Positions 1 through 10,925 of a stretch of DNA of 37,854 bases are shown here, in pieces (within the stretch, counting starts at the first letter, position 1; each line of letters begins with the position of its first letter). Source of the DNA: an uncultured Piscirickettsiaceae bacterium (GTDB taxonomy: Bacteria > Pseudomonadota > Gammaproteobacteria > GCF-002020875); contig CAYFOQ010000001.1 in assembly GCA_964344735.1 (NCBI GenBank), positions 1 through 37,854 of the forward strand, in the 5' to 3' direction. A program made the translations under genes and the position numbers. The notes beneath the pieces were generated by a model. It did not search any database. It had not been told where the DNA came from and saw only the letters and a list, made by a program, of their open reading frames with translations.

Positions 1-106
1 CTGTTTGCTACAGGCCTGCGGCGAATAGCAGCGCTTTTCCTCCGGCGTCAACAGAAAGGATTTAGGTGAGGGCATTATCAACGACCATGCGTTCCTGGTC
101 ACCGCT

Positions 107-901
107 TCAGCGTTTTCTGATTAGTGTCGGGATACCGCTTTCTAGTAGTTGTGCTCGAAGGGCTTCGATTCGACGCTCTCTGGGCTGCAGCATCACCTGA
201 TAGCGTCTCCCCTGTTGTGGGTGGTTGATGGTTCGGATCTCCACTGCGGCGAAGATCGTTGGGTGTAGTTGCTGGATTCTCTGGGTCAGTTGTTGTTGCA
301 GTGCTTGGGCATTTTTCTGTTGGGCAAAGAGACCGAACTGGAGGAGTTCTGAATGATCTACTGACTCCGGAGTATCCTCCGGGGTGATTGTTCGGATCGA
401 TACCCGGGCAGTCCCTTTTTCGATCATGCCCAGTTTCCAGGCCGCAGCATAGGAGAGGTCGATGATTCGATCCTCATGAAAGGGCCCCCGGTCGTTGACT
501 CGGACCACCACCTTGCGACCGGTATCAAGACGGGTTACTTCGACATAGCTCGGCAGCGGCAGACGCTTATGGGCGGCGGTCATCTGGTACATGTCGTACT
601 CCTCCATACAGGAGGTGGCTTTGCCGTGAAAATTGGGACCATACCAGGAGGCGACACCGGTCTCACTAAACCCTTTGCCGCTCTGTAGGGTCTGGTAACT
701 CTTCCCCAGTACGGTATAGGTGGGCATATTGCCGTAGCGGCAGGGGGGCTCGTAGCGGGGTACCGCATCGGTGATCGAGAGCAGACGATCCGGTCGGGTC
801 GGGTCGCCCGGTTCGGTCAGAACCGAGGCGATGCGACTGACACCACTACAGCCCGAAAGCAACAGAAGGAGCAGCAACACCATCGCAGGAGCGAATTTCA
901 A
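107..901 (-). CDS. rlpA: RlpA-family septal lytic transglycosylase lipoprotein (DPBB domain plus C-terminal SPOR domain)
   Basis: The translation has an RlpA/DPBB core (ASWYGPNFHGKATSCMEEYDMYQMTAAHKRLPLPSYVEVTRLDTGRKVVVRVNDRGPF) and a SPOR-like C-terminus (LQFGLFAQQKNAQALQQQL). The ORF is open to 1066, but that would overlap mltB. A TTG at 899-901, 7 nt after the mltB stop, gives a lipoprotein signal MKFAPAMVLLLLLLLSGC. An alternative ATG start lies at 883. Confidence 0.85.
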   Translation of the reverse strand: MKFAPAMVLLLLLLLSGCSGVSRIASVLTEPGDPTRPDRLLSITDAVPRYEPPCRYGNMPTYTVLGKSYQTLQSGKGFSETGVASWYGPNFHGKATSCMEEYDMYQMTAAHKRLPLPSYVEVTRLDTGRKVVVRVNDRGPFHEDRIIDLSYAAAWKLGMIEKGTARVSIRTITPEDTPESVDHSELLQFGLFAQQKNAQALQQQLTQRIQQLHPTIFAAVEIRTINHPQQGRRYQVMLQPRERRIEALRAQLLESGIPTLIRKR

Positions 902-908
902 CAGCCTG

Positions 909-2198
909 TTAGAGATTTGTGGAACTCTCCCCACTTTCCCCTTCCCCATGATAGTGGCGGGCGATCTCCTCACCGAGTTGGAATACCGCCATGGTGTAGA
1001 GTGTACGGGGATTATAGCGTGAAATAACATAGAAATTGTGCAGTGCCACCCAGAGTTCATCCCCACTCTCTCCTTTCAACTCCAGTAGCAGTGCCTTTTC
1101 CCGGTTGTTGAAATCAAGATCGATTCCAATCCCCGCCTGACGGATCTCCTCGACCCGATACTTTGGCCGCAGAGAGTCGATCAGCAGGTGTCGATAACCG
1201 GGCGACGTGGAGATCGGTAGTGTCAATGTTGCGCCTAGTCGGAGATGCTCGGCACGGTTGTCGATAAAGGCAGAACCGTTCTGCTGCTGTATGGTCTGCA
1301 TCAGCTGCGACAGACCTCCTCCCTGCTGCAGTTGTACCTTACGGGCGATTTTCCAGAGCGAATCTCCGGATCGAACCGTGTAGCTGGTGGATAGAGACTC
1401 CGGAGGCTGGTAGTGGGCTGGACTGGCTACAGGTTCACCCGAGCGCCAGCCGTGGTGGCGCAGGTAGTTGGCGATGCTGCCGATGGCATCGGCAGGGTTT
1501 TCTCGATCCCAGATATCCCGATCCCCATCTCCATCGAAATCGACCGCCAGAGTACGATAGTTGCTGGGCATGAACTGTGGTAAACCCATCGCCCCGGCGT
1601 AGGATCCGAGATAGTCAAAGGGGTTACGCTTATCCTCTCGTGCCTGTAGTAGAAAGGCCTCGAGTTCAGCCGTGAAGAACTTTTCCCGGCTGGGATAGTT
1701 GAAGGCGAAGGTGGCCAATGCGTTGATGACCGGATTTTTACCGGTATAGCCGCCATAGCGGGTCTCGACACCGAGGATCCCGAGGATGACATGAGCCGGA
1801 ATGCCGTACTCTCGTTCGGCACGATGCAGCAGAGATTGGTGCTGTTGCCAGAATTTGACCCCGTTACGGATGATTCCTGGTTTCACATGTTTGGGGCGAT
1901 AATCGGCCCAAGGGCGAGATTCGGCCGGATTGTCCATCTTCTCTTTGCGTTTCTGATTGGAGGTCCCGGGACTTACCTTTCGTTCCCGCAGAGTGAGCTG
2001 GTTCAGTAGCTGGGTCAACGCTTGACGCTCAAACTGGTGGTTGTTCACCATGCGTTCGATAAAGCGCTGGACATTGGGCTGATCGCTCAGTGGTTGGGGT
2101 TGGGGCGGGAGAGTGGGGGGGATCGAGGCGTTGGCGGCGATCACAGAGCAGGAGAGTAACAGGGTGCCCAGTAGGGGGGGTAGCGCAAGGATTCTCAT
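909..2198 (-). CDS. mltB: Lytic murein transglycosylase B family protein with an inserted LysM domain
   Basis: Signal peptide MRILALPPLLGTLLLSCSVIAANA. The MltB/SLT_2-type core is present (GILGVETRYGGYTG, GSYAGAMGLPQFMPS, DFDGDGDRDIW) and so is the C-terminal NFYVISRYNPRTLYTMAVFQLG. A LysM-like segment (YTVRSGDSLWKIARK...LTLP) is inserted. The start overlaps the rodA stop (ATGA). Confidence 0.85.
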   Translation of the reverse strand: MRILALPPLLGTLLLSCSVIAANASIPPTLPPQPQPLSDQPNVQRFIERMVNNHQFERQALTQLLNQLTLRERKVSPGTSNQKRKEKMDNPAESRPWADYRPKHVKPGIIRNGVKFWQQHQSLLHRAEREYGIPAHVILGILGVETRYGGYTGKNPVINALATFAFNYPSREKFFTAELEAFLLQAREDKRNPFDYLGSYAGAMGLPQFMPSNYRTLAVDFDGDGDRDIWDRENPADAIGSIANYLRHHGWRSGEPVASPAHYQPPESLSTSYTVRSGDSLWKIARKVQLQQGGGLSQLMQTIQQQNGSAFIDNRAEHLRLGATLTLPISTSPGYRHLLIDSLRPKYRVEEIRQAGIGIDLDFNNREKALLLELKGESGDELWVALHNFYVISRYNPRTLYTMAVFQLGEEIARHYHGEGESGESSTNL

Positions 2199-3310
2199 TT
2201 ATCGAGCAGTCTCCGGTGGGTTTGGATCGACATCAGGCTGGCGAAGGCGGCCATCAGCGTGACCATAGAGGTTCCACCGTAGCTTACCATTGGCAGTGGG
2301 AGCCCCACCACCGGCAGCAGACCACTGACCATGCCGACATTGACGAAGAAGTAGGTGAAAAAGATCATGGTGATGCCGCCGGCCAACAGACGAGTGAAAC
2401 TCTCTTGGGCACAGGCGGCGATATAGAGTCCACGATAGATGATGAAGAGGTAGAGAAGGAAGAGCGTGGCAACCCCGAGCAGTCCGAACTCTTCACTCAA
2501 CACCGCAAAGATGAAGTCGGTGTGGCGTTCGGGTAGAAACTCCAGTTGTGATTGGGTGCCATTGAACCAGCCCTTGCCGAAGGGGCCACCGGAGCCAATG
2601 GCGATCTTTGACTGGATGATGTGGTATCCGGTTCCTCGGGGATCACTCTCCGGGTTGAGGAAGGTGAGTACCCGCTGACGTTGGTACTCTTTCATTAAAT
2701 AGAGCCAGAGTACCGGTAGCAGCGCGATGGCGGAGATCGCCAGGCCGCCGATGATGCGCCAGGAGAGACCGGAGAGAAAGAGTACGAAAAAACCGGAGCT
2801 GGCGATCAGTAGTGAGGTACCGAGGTCCGGTTGACGGGCGATCAATAGGGTTGGAACGATGATCAACAGGGCCGCGATCAGCTGCTGTTTCGGGGCGGGA
2901 GGGAGAGGGTGCTCGGAGAGGTAGGCGGCCACGGTCATCGGAATGATCAGCTTCATCGCTTCCGAGGGTTGAACCAGAAACAGACCGAAATTGAGCCAGC
3001 GCTGTGCACCTTTGTGGGACTCACCGACCACCGCTACCGCTAACAGCATGATGATCCCGGCGATAAAGATCCAGAGGGTGAATATTTTGAGCCAGTGGGG
3101 AGGGATCTGGGCCACCGCGATTAAAACCAGAAAGGCGACTCCAAGCCGGGTCAGTTGTCGACTCAGCATTGCGTTCTCGCCACCGGCGGCACTGTAGAGC
3201 ACCACCAGACCGAAGAGGCTGAGGATCAACAGTCCAGTCAGCAGCGGTAGATCGATATGGATCCGATAGGAGAGTGGAATCTTTCGCTGAGTCTGATCGG
3301 TGGTCTTCAT
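2195..3310 (-). CDS. rodA: Rod shape-determining SEDS glycosyltransferase RodA (FtsW/RodA/SpoVE family)
   Basis: 371-aa polytopic membrane protein with typical RodA motifs (QPSEAMKL, DLGTSLL, GYHIIQSKIAIGSGG, PERHTDFIF, SYGGTSM). It is coupled by 4-bp overlaps to both mrdA and mltB. Confidence 0.93.
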   Translation of the reverse strand: MKTTDQTQRKIPLSYRIHIDLPLLTGLLILSLFGLVVLYSAAGGENAMLSRQLTRLGVAFLVLIAVAQIPPHWLKIFTLWIFIAGIIMLLAVAVVGESHKGAQRWLNFGLFLVQPSEAMKLIIPMTVAAYLSEHPLPPAPKQQLIAALLIIVPTLLIARQPDLGTSLLIASSGFFVLFLSGLSWRIIGGLAISAIALLPVLWLYLMKEYQRQRVLTFLNPESDPRGTGYHIIQSKIAIGSGGPFGKGWFNGTQSQLEFLPERHTDFIFAVLSEEFGLLGVATLFLLYLFIIYRGLYIAACAQESFTRLLAGGITMIFFTYFFVNVGMVSGLLPVVGLPLPMVSYGGTSMVTLMAAFASLMSIQTHRRLLDK

Positions 3311-5151
3311 GACGATTCTTTCAGCAGATAGCGATCCATGATTTTCTTTGCGATTGGTGCAGCTACCGAGCCGCCGTGGCCACCGTTATCCACCACGACG
3401 GCAATCGCAATCTCTGGATCTTCGTAGGGGGCGAAGGCGACGAAGAGGGCGTGATCTCGTAGGTGCTCTGGGATCTCATCCTCGTTGTAATCTTCATCCT
3501 GTTTGACGGTATAGACCTGCGCCGTTCCCGTCTTGCCGGCAATGGTATATTGCGACTTGCGGCCAACCCGTCTCGCTGTGCCCCGTCTGCTATGGGCGAC
3601 CCGTCGCATGGAGTCGAATACCTGATTCCAGTTCTCCTGCTTCAGAATCGGAATCTGGTTCAGTGGCTTGTACGGCTGCAGTTGAGGATTAGAAGTTCCA
3701 GGAGCCTGAGTGGCATAGAGCAGGTGGGGTTGCATCCGCTGTCCCTGATTGGAGAGGGTAGCGATGGCCGAGGCCAATTGTAGGGGGGTTGCGGTAAAGA
3801 AGCCCTGACCAATCCCGACACTGAGCGTTTCGCCGGGATACCATGGTTCCTCCAGATGGTTCTCTTTCCAACTTCGTGAGGGGAGTACCCCCGGAAGCTC
3901 TCCAGTGATATCGACCCCACTCTTTTCACCAAAGCCAAATCGACCCATGAAGCGGTGGATGGAGTCGATTCCCATACTGAAGGCGAGGTCGTAGAAGTAG
4001 ACATCACAGGATTCCACGATCGCCTTGTCGACATTGGTCTTGCCGTGTCCCTGTTTTTTCCAGTCACGATATTTGTGTTTGTAGCCTTTGATGCGATACC
4101 ACCCGGGACACCAGGTCTCGTCCCCGGCGTGGGTGTGACCAAGCTCTAGCCCAGCCAGAGCGACCAGCGGTTTGATTGTGGAGCCAGGGGGGTATTGGCC
4201 GTGTAGAAAGCGGTTGAAAAGGGGGCGTTCACTAGAGCTGATGAGTTCCTGGTAGGCACGGTGGCCGATGCCATTGACGAAAAGATTGGCATTGAAAGAA
4301 GGTTGGCTCACCATCGCCAGGATCTCGCCACTCTTGGGGTGAATCGCTACCGCTGCACCACGTTTTTCTCCCAAGGCCTCAGTGGCGGCCGCTTGTAGCC
4401 GACTGTCAATGGTGAGATAGATGTCATCGCCGGGGGTGGGTGGGGTCTCTTCTAGAACACGGATTACCCGTCCTAGTACATCACTCTCTACCTGGCGAAA
4501 ACCGGGAGTGCCGAGTAGCAGATTCTCGTAGTAGTGTTCGATACCGGTCTTGCCGACATGTTCTGTAGCCTGATAGAGCACCGGGTCAAGCTGTTGCAGT
4601 TCCTGTTCGTTGATTCTGCCGATATAGCCGGTGACATGGGCACTCAGGGTGTGCAGTGGATAGTGGCGGGAGTCGCTCTTCTCAATCGTTACTCCAGGAA
4701 AGCGGTGACGGTTGACCTCGAATCGGGCCACCTCCTCGTCACTCAGTGAGAATAGTAACGGCGTTGGTTTGAACCGTCGTGACCGTTTCCGCTCTTTCTG
4801 GAAACGCTCTAGATCATCCTCGTCATAGTTGATGATGGTACGTAGTTCGGTCAGCGTCTGTTCCAGGTTTACCACTTTGCTTGGGGTAATTTCAAGGCGA
4901 AACAGAGCGCGGTTAGTGGCCAGTGGAACCCCGTTGCGGTCGAATATACGCCCCCTTGGTGGGGGCAGGGCTACCGTATGAATACGGTTATCGTCGGAGA
5001 GTGTGGCGTAGTGTTGATGGTTGAGCAACTGCAGATAGATCATGCGTGAGACCAGCACCAGCACCATGAGCAAGACAAAGCCGGCAGCCACAAGCAGACG
5101 GTTGCGAAAGATACGGTTCTCGCTGTGATGGTCTTTGAGGCTGGGGATCAT
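3307..5151 (-). CDS. mrdA: Penicillin-binding protein 2 (elongasome transpeptidase)
   Basis: 614 aa with an N-terminal TM anchor and the PBP dimerisation region (RGRIFDRNGVPLA). The transpeptidase motifs are present: STIK (PPGSTIKP), SxD in ESCDVYF, and KTGTAQ. It sits between mreD and rodA. Confidence 0.93.
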   Translation of the reverse strand: MIPSLKDHHSENRIFRNRLLVAAGFVLLMVLVLVSRMIYLQLLNHQHYATLSDDNRIHTVALPPPRGRIFDRNGVPLATNRALFRLEITPSKVVNLEQTLTELRTIINYDEDDLERFQKERKRSRRFKPTPLLFSLSDEEVARFEVNRHRFPGVTIEKSDSRHYPLHTLSAHVTGYIGRINEQELQQLDPVLYQATEHVGKTGIEHYYENLLLGTPGFRQVESDVLGRVIRVLEETPPTPGDDIYLTIDSRLQAAATEALGEKRGAAVAIHPKSGEILAMVSQPSFNANLFVNGIGHRAYQELISSSERPLFNRFLHGQYPPGSTIKPLVALAGLELGHTHAGDETWCPGWYRIKGYKHKYRDWKKQGHGKTNVDKAIVESCDVYFYDLAFSMGIDSIHRFMGRFGFGEKSGVDITGELPGVLPSRSWKENHLEEPWYPGETLSVGIGQGFFTATPLQLASAIATLSNQGQRMQPHLLYATQAPGTSNPQLQPYKPLNQIPILKQENWNQVFDSMRRVAHSRRGTARRVGRKSQYTIAGKTGTAQVYTVKQDEDYNEDEIPEHLRDHALFVAFAPYEDPEIAIAVVVDNGGHGGSVAAPIAKKIMDRYLLKESS

Positions 5152-5538
5152 CGCTGTTGATAGGGGTGAAACAGGCGGTCACCCAACAGAAAGAGAAATG
5201 GCCACAGCAGCGGTGTGGTCAGTAACGGTGCCCAGAACAGCAGCGTATTGGCGGAGCCATCGGTGGCACCACGAATCAGGAATTCGATCAACAGATTGAC
5301 CGCGACCACCAGGCTGAGTACTAGAAACTGCTGGACCACGGCGTAGAGTCGTAGGCGCTGATGAAATAACAGCGTGGCGTAGGTGGTGGCAGCAAAGGTA
5401 ATGGCATGAGTCCCGATCAGCGTTCCGGTTAGGGCGTCCGGGGCGTAGTTCCTGCGGTAGCGGGATCAAGGTCAAGACCAATGCCATTGCCAGCAGAATG
5501 AAGAATCCGCTCCAGTAACTGTGGCGAGAACCGCTCAT
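5148..5538 (-). pseudogene. mreD: mreD, disrupted (out-of-frame, apparently internally deleted)
   Basis: The 391-nt slot between the coupled start (ATGA with the mreC stop at 5535-5538) and the coupled stop (ATGA with the mrdA start at 5148-5151) is not a multiple of 3. The N-terminal frame reads MreD-like (MSGSRHSYWSGFFILLAMALVLTLIPLPQEL) and then turns to nonsense-looking R/P/C/H-rich sequence. The C-terminal frame reads MreD-like (DALTGTLIGTHAITFAATTYATLLFHQRLRLYAVVQQFLVLSL...LLWPFLFLL) but is closed upstream by a TGA at 5466-5468. Confidence 0.6.
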
Positions 5539-6413
5539 GGGCGTTCTCTACCCGGGGAGTTGGCAGGCCAGACCAACAGCAGTTCACGACTCTGTTCCAG
5601 CCGGGCAGCGGGCGTGAGGATGACCTCGGCAAAGGGGCTGCCACTGTCCGTGGTGATCTGCTCTACGGTTCCAACCGGATAACCGTAGGGAAAGCGTCCA
5701 CCTAGCCCGGAGGTGATGAAGGTATCCCCTTCGATTAGATCACTGTCGGTTGCGACAAAACGGAGTGAGAGGCGGTTGGGGTCACCATTGCCGGTAGCGA
5801 TCGAGCGTAGGCCGTTGCGACGGTTTTGTACCGGTATCGAATGTAGCGGGGAAGAGAGTAATAGTGCGGTGCTACTGTGTGCGGTGGTTCGAACCACCTG
5901 TCCCATCACCCCGAAACCGTCCATCAGTGGCTGACCGGGGTAGACCCCTTCGCTGCTCCCTTTGTCCAGTACCACCTCCTCTCCGAGGGCATCGAGATCG
6001 ACTGCGACGATTTTGGTCAACAGTACCGGGTCATCCTGATAGGTGGAGCCAAACAGCAGGGAGGCATCCAGCAGAATCTGCAACCGTCGGTTCTCCGACT
6101 CGATCGCCTCCAGCTTCATCAGCTTCTGCCGTAACATCAGGTTGCGGGATCGTACCCCAGCGACCTCCTCCTGAAGCGTGGTTCGATTCTTGATACCCTC
6201 AGCGAACCAGTCGATCAGGGAGAAGGGGATGTCGATCAGTCGTTGTACTGGGGCGGTTATATTCTCGGCCCAGACTCGCAGCCGGTGATCTTTGTCGAAG
6301 CGATGGTCGATGGCGATCAGAAAGAGTGATAGCAGTACTACGATCACCAGTCTCAGGGTTAGGGTATCCCCCTGTTTGAAGATCGAACTCTGGGGTGAGG
6401 TATGAACCGCCAC
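5535..6413 (-). CDS. mreC: Rod shape-determining protein MreC
   Basis: 292 aa. It has an N-terminal TM, a coiled-coil segment (LRQKLMKLEAIESENRRLQILL) and an MreC beta-barrel region (GSSEGVYPGQPLMDGFGVMGQVV, TSGLGGRFPYGYPVG). It starts with GTG, 7 nt after the mreB stop. Confidence 0.9.
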   Translation of the reverse strand: MAVHTSPQSSIFKQGDTLTLRLVIVVLLSLFLIAIDHRFDKDHRLRVWAENITAPVQRLIDIPFSLIDWFAEGIKNRTTLQEEVAGVRSRNLMLRQKLMKLEAIESENRRLQILLDASLLFGSTYQDDPVLLTKIVAVDLDALGEEVVLDKGSSEGVYPGQPLMDGFGVMGQVVRTTAHSSTALLLSSPLHSIPVQNRRNGLRSIATGNGDPNRLSLRFVATDSDLIEGDTFITSGLGGRFPYGYPVGTVEQITTDSGSPFAEVILTPAARLEQSRELLLVWPANSPGRERP

Positions 6414-6420
6414 CGCTGAA

Positions 6421-7539
<1,119 letters not shown>

Positions 7540-7714
7540 TCACAATCGGCAAGCTGCAGAGGGTGGAAATCATCGTTTTGACACTACTGACTCAACAACA
7601 CCCGCAATTTATGCTAATTTCCCCCTCTTCCACGGTTCTTCCGGGCCTCGATGTGATCGAGAGGCCTCACGATTGTGGTTCATAGCCTCGTTACTGGCAG
7701 ATTGAGAGCCCACC

Positions 7715-8002
7715 ATGTCACTTGAAAAACAGGATGTTGAGAAGATTGCCCATTTGGCACGACTAGCCATCGAGGAGCGTGCTATCCCTGGATATGTGAA
7801 GGATTTATCCGGAATACTCGATCTGGTGGATCAGATGTCTGCAGTCGATACCGCCGGAGTCGAGCCTCTGGCACACCCTCATGAGGCTACCCAGCGGTTG
7901 CGTGAAGATCGGGTGACCGAAGAGAACCAGCGTGAACGGCTGCAACAGAATGCGCCACAGACCGAGGGTGGGCTTTTTCTGGTTCCACGGGTGATCGAGT
8001 AA
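7715..8002 (+). CDS. gatC: Asp/Glu-tRNA(Asn/Gln) amidotransferase subunit C
   Basis: 95 aa with a typical GatC sequence ([14 protein letters not shown]...[22 protein letters not shown]). It lies directly upstream of gatA-gatB. Confidence 0.93.
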   Translation: MSLEKQDVEKIAHLARLAIEERAIPGYVKDLSGILDLVDQMSAVDTAGVEPLAHPHEATQRLREDRVTEENQRERLQQNAPQTEGGLFLVPRVIE

Positions 8003-8018
8003 GCAAGGAGAGAGGTTT

Positions 8019-9473
8019 ATGAAAGAGAAGAGTGTTGCGGAGCTCTCCGCCCTGTTGCAGCGCCGGGAGCTCTCCAGTCTGGAGCTCACCCGCTACTGTC
8101 TCGACCGGATTGAACGGCTCGATCCGGACCTCAACAGCTTTATTTCGGTGACCGCAGAGGAGGCTCTGTTGCAGGCCGAGGCAGCAGATCATCGTATTGC
8201 CGCTGGTGAAGCCGGTCCCCTCACCGGGATTCCTTTGGCTCACAAGGATATCTTTTGTACTGCCGGCATCCGTACCTCCTGCGGTTCGAAGATGCTGGAC
8301 AATTTTGTTGCCCCTTACGATGCTACCGTGGTGGAGCGACTCAACCGTTCCGGTGCGGTGATGGTCGGAAAAACCAATATGGATGAGTTTGCCATGGGCT
8401 CCTCCAACGAGAATAGCCATTATGGTGCGGTCAGCAATCCCTGGGATCGCGAGCGGGTTCCTGGTGGCTCCTCCGGAGGCTCCGCTGCCGCAGTTGCGGC
8501 ACGGTTGGTACCGATTGCCACCGGTACTGACACCGGGGGCTCGATTCGTCAACCCGCCGCATTCTGCGGGGTCACCGGATTGAAGCCGACCTACGGTCGA
8601 GTTTCACGCTGGGGAATGGTTGCATTCGCCTCTAGTCTCGACCAGGGTGGGGTGTTGGCCAGCAGTGCCGAGGATGCAGCATTACTGTTGGAAGAGATGG
8701 CGGGGTTCGATCCCCGGGACTCTACCAGTATCGATCGTGAGGTTCCTGACTACCGTGCTACCCTCAATGATTCACTGCAGGGTTTGAAGATTGGTCTGCC
8801 GCGCCAATTTTTCAGTGAAGGGCTCGATGGGGGGGTGGAGAATGCGGTACAGGAGGCGATTGCGGAGTATCGCAAGATGGGCGCGGAGGTGGTCGAAATC
8901 GATCTTCCCAACAGTGGCCTGGCCGTACCCACCTACTATGTCGTGGCACCTGCAGAGTGCTCCTCCAATCTCTCTCGTTATGACGGCGTACGGTTTGGTT
9001 ATCGTTGTGAAGAGGCTCGGGATCTGGAAGATCTCTACAAGCGCTCCCGTGGAGAGGGTTTCGGTCCAGAGGTCAAACGCCGAATCATGATTGGTACCTA
9101 TACACTCTCTGCCGGTTACTACGACGCCTATTACCTCAAGGCGCAACAGTTACGGCGACTGATCAGTGAGGACTTCAGTGCGGCCTTTGGTCAGGTGGAT
9201 GTGATCATGGGTCCGGTCACCCCCAATACCGCTTTCCGTAAGGGGGAGAAGACCGATGATCCGGTGGCGATGTACCTGTCCGATATTTATACCATTGCGG
9301 TCAACCTTGCTGGCCTTCCGGGGATGTCGATTCCGGTCGGTTTCAGTGATGGTCTGCCGGTTGGTCTGCAGTTGATCGGTAACCACTTCAGCGAGGCTAG
9401 ATTGCTTAATTTGGCGCACCACTATCAGTTGGCTACCGACTGGCATCAGCGGCTGCCGGCGGGGATCGAATAG
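8019..9473 (+). CDS. gatA: Asp/Glu-tRNA(Asn/Gln) amidotransferase subunit A (amidase signature family)
   Basis: 484 aa with the amidase signature ([30 protein letters not shown]) and a KD..CT motif. Confidence 0.96.
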   Translation: MKEKSVAELSALLQRRELSSLELTRYCLDRIERLDPDLNSFISVTAEEALLQAEAADHRIAAGEAGPLTGIPLAHKDIFCTAGIRTSCGSKMLDNFVAPYDATVVERLNRSGAVMVGKTNMDEFAMGSSNENSHYGAVSNPWDRERVPGGSSGGSAAAVAARLVPIATGTDTGGSIRQPAAFCGVTGLKPTYGRVSRWGMVAFASSLDQGGVLASSAEDAALLLEEMAGFDPRDSTSIDREVPDYRATLNDSLQGLKIGLPRQFFSEGLDGGVENAVQEAIAEYRKMGAEVVEIDLPNSGLAVPTYYVVAPAECSSNLSRYDGVRFGYRCEEARDLEDLYKRSRGEGFGPEVKRRIMIGTYTLSAGYYDAYYLKAQQLRRLISEDFSAAFGQVDVIMGPVTPNTAFRKGEKTDDPVAMYLSDIYTIAVNLAGLPGMSIPVGFSDGLPVGLQLIGNHFSEARLLNLAHHYQLATDWHQRLPAGIE

Positions 9474-9485
9474 AGGGATCGAATG

Positions 9486-10925
9486 ATGGAATGGGAAATG
9501 GTAATCGGGCTGGAGATTCATGCCCAGCTGGCAACAGAGACCAAGATCTTCTCTGCGGCATCCACCGCCTTCGGTGCGGCCCCCAATACCCAGGCCTGTG
9601 CGGTCGATCTTGGGTTACCGGGGGTGTTACCGGTGCTGAATCAGAATGCGGTACGAATGGCAGTCAAGTTTGGTCTTTCTATCGATGCCGAGGTGGCACA
9701 CCGTTCGGTATTCGCCCGCAAGAACTACTTCTATCCCGATCTACCCAAGGGGTATCAGATCAGTCAGTTCGAGCTGCCAATCGTCGGTAAGGGAGAGATC
9801 GAGATCGATCTACCGGATGGGTCCACGAAGGTGGTGGGGATTACTCGGGCGCACCTCGAGGAGGATGCCGGGAAATCCCTGCACGAGGATTTCCACGGGA
9901 TGAGTGGAATCGATCTCAATCGGGCCGGGACACCGCTGTTGGAGATCGTCTCCGAACCCGATATCCGTTCTGCTGCCGAGGCGGTGGCCTATGCCCGCAA
10001 GATCCACTCACTGGTACAGTATCTCGATATCTGTGATGGCAATATGCAGGAGGGGTCGTTTCGCATGGATGTCAATATTTCGATTCGACCCCAGGGCGAG
10101 GAGCGTTTCGGGACCCGAGCCGAGATCAAAAATCTCAACTCGTTCCGCTTCATGGAGAAGGCGATTCACTACGAGTATGAACGCCAGATTGACCTGCTGG
10201 AGGAGGGGGGAGAGGTCGTTCAGGAGACCCGACTTTATGACGTTGACAAGGGGGAGACGCGATCGATGCGCTCCAAAGAGGAGGCCAATGATTACCGCTA
10301 CTTCCCCGACCCGGATCTGTTGCCGCTGGTACTGGAGGGTTCGTTTATCGAACAGGTTCGTGCCGAGCTGCCGGAGTTGCCCAATGAGAAGAAGCACCGC
10401 TTCATTACTCACTTGGGGCTGAGCAGTTACGATGCCGGTGTGCTAACGGCCAGTCGTGAGCTTTCAGATTATTTCGAGCAGGTGGCGAAGGCTGCCGATG
10501 GTGAGAACAAAGTGGCGGCCAACTGGGTGATGGGTGAGCTTGCTGCCGCACTCAACCGGGATGGAACGGCGCTGGCTGATTCGCCAGTTACCGCGGTGAT
10601 GCTGGGGGGGATGATTCGTCGTATCGCCGATAACACGATTTCTGGAAAGATCGCCAAGCAGGTGTTCGAGGCGATGTGGAACGGAGAGGGGGAGGCCGAC
10701 CAGATCATCGAGCAGCAGGGGCTGAAACAGATTACCGACAGTGGAGCGATCGAGGCGCTGATCGACGAGGTGATCAGTAATAATCCGGCCCAGGTAGAGC
10801 AGTATCGGGCCGGTAAAGAGCAGTTGTTGGGGTTTTTTGTAGGACAGGTCATGAAGGCCTCCAAGGGGCAGGCCAATCCCGGTCAGGTGAATCAGATACT
10901 GCGCGACAAACTGAGGAACCCCTGA
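9486..10925 (+). CDS. gatB: Asp/Glu-tRNA(Asn/Gln) amidotransferase subunit B
   Basis: The N-terminus is the canonical Gat[16 protein letters not shown], and the C-terminus has a GatB/YqeY domain. The ORF track starts one codon earlier (ATG at 9483). The GAGGGA Shine-Dalgarno (SD) sequence at 9472-9477 fits 9486 slightly better. Confidence 0.95.
   Translation: MEWEMVIGLEIHAQLATETKIFSAASTAFGAAPNTQACAVDLGLPGVLPVLNQNAVRMAVKFGLSIDAEVAHRSVFARKNYFYPDLPKGYQISQFELPIVGKGEIEIDLPDGSTKVVGITRAHLEEDAGKSLHEDFHGMSGIDLNRAGTPLLEIVSEPDIRSAAEAVAYARKIHSLVQYLDICDGNMQEGSFRMDVNISIRPQGEERFGTRAEIKNLNSFRFMEKAIHYEYERQIDLLEEGGEVVQETRLYDVDKGETRSMRSKEEANDYRYFPDPDLLPLVLEGSFIEQVRAELPELPNEKKHRFITHLGLSSYDAGVLTASRELSDYFEQVAKAADGENKVAANWVMGELAAALNRDGTALADSPVTAVMLGGMIRRIADNTISGKIAKQVFEAMWNGEGEADQIIEQQGLKQITDSGAIEALIDEVISNNPAQVEQYRAGKEQLLGFFVGQVMKASKGQANPGQVNQILRDKLRNP

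Noticed and set aside
1-106. Possible 5' end of another minus-strand gene downstream of rlpA (for example a dacA-like gene, by synteny expectation)
   Set aside because: No frame shows a convincing start, RBS or signal peptide in the 106 nt available.
107-1066. Full-length 319-aa version of the rlpA ORF
   Set aside because: The first ~55 codons overlap the mltB 3' end and precede the lipoprotein signal peptide. An internal start (TTG 901 or ATG 883) is far more plausible.
5179-5538. 119-aa ORF read as an intact protein
   Set aside because: Only the first ~30 residues look like MreD. The rest is R/P/C/H-rich out-of-frame sequence overlapping the MreD-like C-terminal frame. It is treated as part of a disrupted mreD rather than as a novel gene.
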